Source: Pyrobaculum aerophilum str. IM2 (lineage in GTDB: Archaea > Thermoproteota > Thermoprotei > Thermoproteales > Thermoproteaceae). From it: a stretch of DNA of 32,000 bases. Positions 26,553 to 32,000 of this stretch are shown here, piece after piece. Position 1 is the first letter of the stretch. Every line of letters starts with the position of its first letter. The notes beneath the pieces were generated by a model, which was given only the letters and a program-made list of their open reading frames with translations, did no database searches and was not told the origin of the DNA. The translations under genes were made by a program, and so were the position numbers. Location of the stretch: NCBI RefSeq assembly GCF_000007225.1, contig NC_003364.1, positions 240,001-272,000 of the forward strand, written 5' to 3'.

Positions 26553-27649
26553 ACCGCGGGGGCGCAATTGGCTTGTGGTTTAAAGTTGAATCCTTTACAG
26601 AATCCGCGCCCAAGCAGGGCAAGCAAGCCAACAGCCCCGCACATTCGCCACTTTTCTTCAATTTACCGGGCGGTAACGCCTGAAATGGACACTCTCCAGC
26701 GACAAATCTCCCTAAAGCCCCTCCACGGCAACTCCTCGCCGAGTTGATCCTCTCAACACGCCCACCTTACCTTGCCCGCCCATCCGAATTAGAGTGGCGA
26801 AAGCGCAACGGCACTTCCGCCAGCCTTAAGGCTCAGCTTGCCTCTCTACACGTTTTTCCACAAGTAAGCCGTCTCGTTAAACTCCCTGTTAGTCTCCTCA
26901 AACCCAGCGTCGATTCTCTCAAATCTTGCGTCTAGGCACTTTGGGGGCTTCCCGAGCTTTATTTCTCCCCGAAGGTCGCGTTAGCTCGTAGGCGTCGTTT
27001 TCGCGCATCCCGCGTTCCGGGGTGTATCCCGTCGGGGGCGTGGCTCGGCTTAGCGCTGTCGCGTCTCCGTGTTGCCGCCAGAGCGCATAGGGGCTAGGGC
27101 TCTACGGCGCGGTGCTGGCCTCTTGGGGTCGGCCTCCGTCGACTCAGCAGGTTGCTGGAGCCCCGAGGAGCGGCGTCCGAATTCTGCCGCTGGTTGGGAG
27201 TTTTACGCGCCCCTCGCCTCGCTAAAGCCGGTCGCTTGGAGCGGGACTCGCCTAGAGTCGCGTGAGGTTGCGCGTCTGGATAAGCTCTTTGACCTTTCCT
27301 GAAGGGGTAGACGGCCCTCGGGCATGGCTGTGCCCGCTTTATGGAGACGTGGCACTTATGGGCTTTCAGGGCTAGTGGATCTCCTGGCCGCGCCCCGGCA
27401 TGACTGACGTACTGATTAAGAGACGTCGGCGCCTACAGCTGTGAGGCTCAGCCGATAGTCGCGTTGGAGACTATCTCTCACTTCTCGGCATGGATGCCAT
27501 ATATGGAACTTGGCCCCCTCGCCGCTTGTAAGGCGAATTACTTCGACGTGGGGAGCCGTTGAGGGCGGTTTCGCCGACCGGGGAGCCGTATGTCAGCTTC
27601 GCCTGTCTCTCCCCCGCGGCGGCGCCCGCACAGGCGCCTCCCCGCCGCC

Positions 27650-28186
27650 TCACCGAAGCTCTTCCCTTAAGGCCCTAAGCGCCTCCTCCAGCTCGGCATC
27701 CCACTTAACTCTCTGCTTGAGCCCGTCGGCGCGCCTCGCCAGCTCTGCCACCAGTAGCTCTACGTCTCTCGCCGCCTCTTCTTTATTGCGGTACATGCTT
27801 GCCGCGAGGTCTGGATCAGGCCCGTGGTATTGATACTCGTGCAACAACAACGCCGTGTTTGTCCACGCGACTATACCCACGTGGCCAACTCCCTCCAGCA
27901 TTTGCGACAGCAATTTCATCCTCGTAGTAGGCACGGCCCTCTCCACAAGCCACTTCCTCTCCTCGTCGGTCTTCGCCGCTTTTAACAACTTGTCAAGCTC
28001 CAGCCTAAGCAATGCCGCCAGCAGAGCCCTCCAAGCTTGAAAGGCCTTACCAGCGGCGTTTCTCACTAGGCCGCGGCTGAGAAATTCCAGGGCGAGCCTC
28101 GCCTCTACTAACGCCTCAAGAAGTCTAGCCGTTGCGTAGTCCTCGCTGGAGGGCTTCGGGAGGGGGCGCTCGAGGACTTCTGCCAT
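27650..28186 (-). CDS. PaREP1-family protein
   Basis: Resembles the archaeal PaREP1/PaREP8 family described from Pyrobaculum aerophilum, recognised from memory (EDYATARLLEALVEARLALEFLSRGLVRNAAGKAFQAWRALLAALL...LLHEYQYHGPDPD). I prefer ATG 28186 (MAEVLERP), 25 nt downstream of TTTTTTAAAG (28206-28215, minus strand), over the track GTG 28204. Confidence 0.8.
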   Translation of the reverse strand: MAEVLERPLPKPSSEDYATARLLEALVEARLALEFLSRGLVRNAAGKAFQAWRALLAALLRLELDKLLKAAKTDEERKWLVERAVPTTRMKLLSQMLEGVGHVGIVAWTNTALLLHEYQYHGPDPDLAASMYRNKEEAARDVELLVAELARRADGLKQRVKWDAELEEALRALREELR

Positions 28187-28205
28187 GAAAATAGTGAAGA
28201 CCACT

Positions 28206-28215
28206 CTTTAAAAAA
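28206..28215 (-). promoter_or_regulatory. TATA-box-like element (TTTTTTAAAG on the minus strand) of the PaREP1 gene
   Basis: Centre lies ~25 nt upstream of ATG 28186. Confidence 0.5.
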
Positions 28216-28663
28216 CTACGCAAGGCGCTACTTCGGCTCGCTATGCTTCAGGAGCCCTTAAGCGAGCGGGCAATTCGCCAAGCCGCGCGCGGCGCGGGGG
28301 TCTCCGCTGTCGGCGTTAATAGGCCTCTGGACGGCAGAACGCCCCTCAATCCCCTCCCCGCGAGGCTGGAGGCGAATCCCGGCCTCCCTTCGGCGTTTAT
28401 AAGCTCAGCTCACGGCCCCGCGGGCATCAGCATGTTTGTAAAGCGCGGGTTCTCCGCTATAAGACACGGGCACAGCTTTGCCCAGTGTAGCTAATCGGGG
28501 GCATCACGCGGAGAAGCGGCGTTTTAATCTCACATTAACGGCGGCCTTTAAGGAAGCCGACTGGCCGGAAATCCCCCCGCGGCTTTGCTACGCCCTCTGC
28601 GGAGCCATTTACAAAGTCGTAGTATGCAGTAGGCGCAGTGAGTCTGGCCTCCTCTGCCGGCGC

Positions 28664-28987
28664 TGTGGCGGAAAGTATAAATATCGCCTTGGCCTTTTCT
28701 TTTGTGTCCGCTGATCTTGGTGCTTTGGCGCAGGAGGCGCTTAGAGTCGCCGTTGAGTCTGTTCTGGGCAAGTTAAAAGAGGGCAAGAGGCTATCCACAG
28801 AGGACATCTTCCTCCTCTACCTCGCGACAATCAGCAGAGAGCTAGACGAGATAAGAAAGGAAATAGCCGAGACAAACCAAAGAATAAACGAGACAAACAA
28901 GAGAATAGACGAGGTCAACAGGAGGATCGACGAAACAAATCAAAGAATTGACTCCGTGGTACAAGAGCTAAATAGGCGAATAGACGA
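28664..28987 (+). repeat. inverted-repeat arm B
   Basis: See arm A. Similarity continues at lower identity to ~29180 (arm A to ~24790), including the 3' third of the gene and a short TTGCGCTGGGC block downstream. Confidence 0.8.
28676..28683 (+). promoter_or_regulatory. TATA box (TATAAATA) of coiled-coil gene copy B
   Basis: Lies 24 nt upstream of GTG 28704. The same element is conserved in the inverted copy (25264..25271, minus strand). Confidence 0.6.
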
Positions 28988-29144
28988 AACAAATCAAAGA
29001 ATCGACGAGACAAATAAGAGAATAGATGCAATTATTCAAGAACTTGGGAGGAGAATTGACGAGACTAATAAGCGTATAGATGGGGTGTACGCGTTGCTTC
29101 TAGACATCCAGAAGTTGTTAATGGAAATTGCAAAGAAGAGTTGA
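28704..29144 (+). CDS. heptad-repeat (RIDETNx) coiled-coil protein, copy B (one extra heptad)
   Basis: GTG 28704 lies 24 nt downstream of TATAAATA (28676-28683). Identical to copy A over the N-terminal two thirds. Contains an additional ETNQRID unit (21 bp). Confidence 0.8.
   Translation: MSADLGALAQEALRVAVESVLGKLKEGKRLSTEDIFLLYLATISRELDEIRKEIAETNQRINETNKRIDEVNRRIDETNQRIDSVVQELNRRIDETNQRIDETNKRIDAIIQELGRRIDETNKRIDGVYALLLDIQKLLMEIAKKS
28869..29081 (+). repeat. tandem 21-bp (heptad-encoding) repeats inside coiled-coil gene copy B
   Basis: Repeated units GAnACAAAnnAAAGAATnGAC encode ETN(Q/K)RI(D/N). The corresponding region in copy A (24888..25079, minus strand) is one unit shorter. Confidence 0.75.
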
Positions 29145-30132
29145 GATATCGAAGGCGGGTGTCGTTGCGCTGGGCTAGAAGGCGCTGAGGGAAATAATGA
29201 CAAATCTCACCTCTCGTTACGGCAATCGCCGAGAGGCGTCGTGAGCCGCCCGGCGAGCTCTCCAGCTATGCCTCACCTCCCACTTCCCCTCTCTGCCCGC
29301 ATGCCCTCTCACAGACTCTCCACAGCCTCATCTCTAAACTTGGACAGCGCCGTGTCTGGACCAGGTCCGTTGTTCTAATGACGTGGGAAAATGATTGAGA
29401 TAACCGTCGTCGGCGACATTCGTCGGCTTCCGATCCCTCCCCTTAAAGGCTAGGCTTCTCCTCATGTATGTCACAAGGGTTAATAACCGCCTTTATGGGC
29501 TTCTGGCAACGGCCGCTTTGCATTCAGAGCTCTATAACTTAAATCTTCATGCCCTCAGAGCGTCTGTCGGCGCCTTGAATCCTCGACTGGTAAGACATTT
29601 TCGAGAAAAAGAGACCTCTATTTCGCTGTATCTCCCTACAGGCGTTGTGTCAGCATTTTGCCCGCTTATGGCGGCGATAACGGCGCCTCGGGAGTTGGGC
29701 TTGTCTGTGCCTATCCCGCGACCGGGTTATTCGCTTTAAGGGAGTTGGGTTGGTGAGGCGCCCAACCGGTGGCACTAAGAAAGGTAGATGGGGCATTATG
29801 CGCAGCCGCTCAAAGCCTTTTCAGAGAGGTGGTTGAATGGAGAGGTCAAGGCTAACAGTAAGTGGGGTGGTGCTTGGGAGCGGTTGTTAAATATTGCCAC
29901 AAGAAGCGGGCGTTAGAGGCGGGCAGACGCACATTAACGTATTCAGCCACATTGGGGGATCGCAATGTTGTTAGTTGGGTTGTTTTTTCTCCCTCTGACA
30001 AGAGAATGATACAAGGCGCATTGGTGCGTTGTTAACTATGGCAACCTCTTTAGCAATGGGGCAGATGTCTGGTATCATCGCCCGCGAGGGGGACATAACG
30101 CCTACTTGCCTCCAATGCCACAGGTTTAAACA

Positions 30133-30680
30133 GTGACTTTAATGCCTGCGTATAACGAAGAGGGGCAGGTGGTGGAGGGGGTGGGGAATACGTTGACTTG
30201 ATTGTAGACGGCGGTTCTCAAGATATGAGGGCGCTGAGGAAAGCGGGTCGTTAGCCATAAGACGCGGGCAGAACATGGGCCGTGAGAACTCTCGTGAGAA
30301 CAACCTTGGCCTCAAGCGCTCAGTATGCAGTATTGCTAGACGCAGATGGACAACAAAGTAGTGACGATATTCCAGTTTATAAACGCGTAGCGCTGATATG
30401 GCTGTGGGCAACAACTCTACGCCGTTTTATCGGAAGGTGGGGATTTACATAATAGTACTATATTCGGCGCGGATACGGGGTTCCCGAAAACAGATACCGG
30501 GCGTTCACCCGCGATGTGCTTGCAGAAATAGAGCAGGCCCTAAAACGCGACTGGGGGATTCTCCCACTAACTAAAAATAGTAGATGCGGCAGCGTCCTAC
30601 GGCTTGGGCGCGTCAAGTGAAAAACCCTATCCCGCGGCCGTATTTAATGTGGCCGTGGCCGACTGAATACCCCGCACGCA
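30133..30680 (+). pseudogene. decayed family-2 glycosyltransferase (dolichyl-phosphate hexosyltransferase-like)
   Basis: Multi-frame remnants in GT2 order: VTLMPAYNEEGQV, LIVDGGSQD, YAVLLDADGQQSSDDIPVY, GYGVPENRYRAFTRDVLAEIEQ, RQVKNPIPRPY. Many stops and frameshifts. Boundaries are approximate. Confidence 0.55.
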
Positions 30681-30784
30681 CAACAACTCCGAGTGCCTCC
30701 TACCGGCCATCTCCACAGCGGTATTGTTGGCTCCAACGGCTTGTCTTGTGGCTAGTAGTGGACGATTTTTTGGCGCTCGGAATA

Positions 30785-30792
30785 CTTATATA
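30785..30792 (+). promoter_or_regulatory. TATA-box-like element (CTTATATA) of the antitoxin gene
   Basis: Centre lies ~25 nt upstream of ATG 30814. Confidence 0.5.
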
Positions 30793-30813
30793 CCTCTGAA
30801 CATGGTGGTGTAG

Positions 30814-31062
30814 ATGGAGAAGTTGAGGGTGAGGGTCGGCAAGAGGAGGACTTTGGTTATCCCTAAGCTCGTGGCCGAGAGGCTTGGCATTGACGAGGGC
30901 TCTGTCATCGAGCTGGAGGTATACGGCGATTACCTCGTCCTCAGGCCTCTGCCTACGGCTATTGACGTCGCTTTACGCGGCAAGAAATATGTAAAAGTTT
31001 CCCTGGAGGATATTGAGAGGGTTAGCGTTGAAGAGCAGGGGAGGCTTGCGACAGGGTGTTGA
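30814..31062 (+). CDS. AbrB/SpoVT-type antitoxin (VapB-like)
   Basis: MEKLRVRVGKRRTLVIPKLVAERLGIDEGSVIELEVYGDYLVLRP is a swapped-hairpin AbrB/MazE-type DNA-binding fold signature. CTTATATA at 30785-30792 lies 25 nt upstream. Its stop overlaps the start of a PIN-like frame. Confidence 0.8.
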   Translation: MEKLRVRVGKRRTLVIPKLVAERLGIDEGSVIELEVYGDYLVLRPLPTAIDVALRGKKYVKVSLEDIERVSVEEQGRLATGC

Positions 31063-31451
31063 AGATCGACACTTCCTTTTTACTCCCAACACTGGGTGTT
31101 GACGTTGAGGGGGAAGTACACGACGTCTGAAGCAATTAAGGGACAGTAAGCTTTACTATCTTGAAGAGGGGCTTCTCGAAGCTCTGTGGGTTGTTATAAG
31201 ACATTGACAAAATCCCCATGAGTGTTATTGAGGAGGGGTTGATTAGAAGATACTACGAGTTGCTAAAGCCGAGCGGAAAGGCTGTTATTGAAGCGGTGAA
31301 GATTTATCGCCTCGGCCATAGAGACTACATAGATTCTCTTCACTGCACAACGGCCCTCTACCACGGAGTTAAATGGCTTACGCTGGATAGGAAATTAATG
31401 GAGTTCTTGAAAAAACACAACTGTCAAAGGCGTAATTATAACGCCAGATGA
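31056..31451 (+). pseudogene. disrupted PIN-domain (VapC-like) toxin
   Basis: GTG 31056 overlaps the antitoxin stop. VLKIDTSFLLPTLGVDVEG has the PIN N-terminal acidic motif, then TGA at 31128-31130. The C-terminal part (31218..31451: ..HRDYIDSLHCTTALYHGVKWLTLDRKL..) is in another frame. The total span of ~130 codons fits one PIN domain. Confidence 0.6.
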
Positions 31452-32000
31452 TCTTCTTACATAACCATAGCTGTTCTTGACGCTATAATTTAAAGCTTGT
31501 TCGGGAATTCGCGTATGGGAGGGGCTTAGACATTCCGAGGGGAGTGTTTAATAGCGCATAGCGAGGTATTGTGGAGGGGTAGTGAGGTGGCTGGGGATTT
31601 GCATCTAGAGTTGATATTGTTGAGTGGGTTTACGTCCTTGGGAGTATTAGAAATGTTGATAAGTGAATTAAAAAGCGGACTGGATTTAAGCAACTCCTCC
31701 CTAGCGGTTGTAGAGCTTGGTAAGTTAGAGAGGAGTTTGTCAGAGGCGTTAAGATCATTCCACATAGGCACATACAATCTAGCGCGTTAAGAATTGGAGT
31801 TGGCTGAGAGAACGAGAGAGCCTTTCAGCTCCAGCTTCCTGTAGCGACTGTAATGGGAGCGCTAGCAGACAGCGGGAGTAGGACGTACTTCCATGTGAGT
31901 GTCCTAGGGGAGCTCCGAGGAGGGGTATGAGAAGTACGGCAGTCGGTTGACGCTGTAGGCTTCTCCAGAACATCATTAACCGGTTATAAAAGGCTTTGAA

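Noticed and set aside
26744-28494. Track ORFs 26744..26935(+), 27069..27302(+), 27471..27653(-), 27510..27833(+), 27855..28040(+) and 28243..28494(+)
   Set aside because: These are GC-rich, Arg/Ala/Ser/Pro-rich translations, partly antisense to the PaREP1 gene. They have no TATA box at the expected distance and no family resemblance, so they are treated as spurious.
31526-31976. Mutually overlapping ORFs on both strands (31526..31777-, 31569..31790+, 31779..31976-)
   Set aside because: They exclude each other. None has a recognisable motif or a convincing promoter, so I cannot support calling any of them.

Overview
This window looks like an accessory cell-envelope and glycosylation region of a hyperthermophilic crenarchaeon of the Pyrobaculum/Thermoproteus type. 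That assignment is an inference from three things: PaREP1-family genes, frequent GTG/TTG starts, and A/T-rich TATA boxes about 23-26 nt upstream of start codons (leaderless architecture). I ran no database search.

Layout:
- 1-1224: two small hypothetical genes.
- 1225-9042: a same-strand glycosylation cluster (GT2, GT4, GT2, GT4, FkbM methyltransferase, 914-aa polytopic membrane protein). From about 3.2 to 9.0 kb it is visibly far more AT-rich than its surroundings.
- 9094-12261: GC-rich paralogues of two island genes. The GT2 copy is intact. The copy of the 914-aa membrane protein is broken by multiple frameshifts and 3'-truncated.
- 12334-14286: a secreted protein very rich in N-x-T sequons, split across three reading frames.
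- 14.3-18.1 kb: a surface-protein cluster. It holds L-type (legume-like) lectin-domain genes or remnants and three neighbouring ORFs that share a C-terminal 'P-x-V-G-G-V + TM helix + basic tail' signal. A membrane-anchored protein with a caspase/legumain-like His...Cys dyad pattern sits among them. I consider this the best candidate for an undescribed C-terminal sorting/processing system.
- 18.2-21.2 kb: a stretch of gene fragments.
- 21302-24002: a small membrane protein plus a secreted HExxHxxGxxH metalloprotease carrying two S-layer-like modules.
- 24.8-29.2 kb: two inverted copies of a heptad-repeat (RIDETNx) coiled-coil gene, flanking an intact PaREP1 gene and a decayed one.
- 29.2-32 kb: a decayed GT2 gene, an intact AbrB-type antitoxin with a decayed PIN toxin, and uninterpretable sequence.

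I recognised no rRNA, tRNA or CRISPR array. All functional calls rest on motifs read by eye from the ORF track and the DNA.
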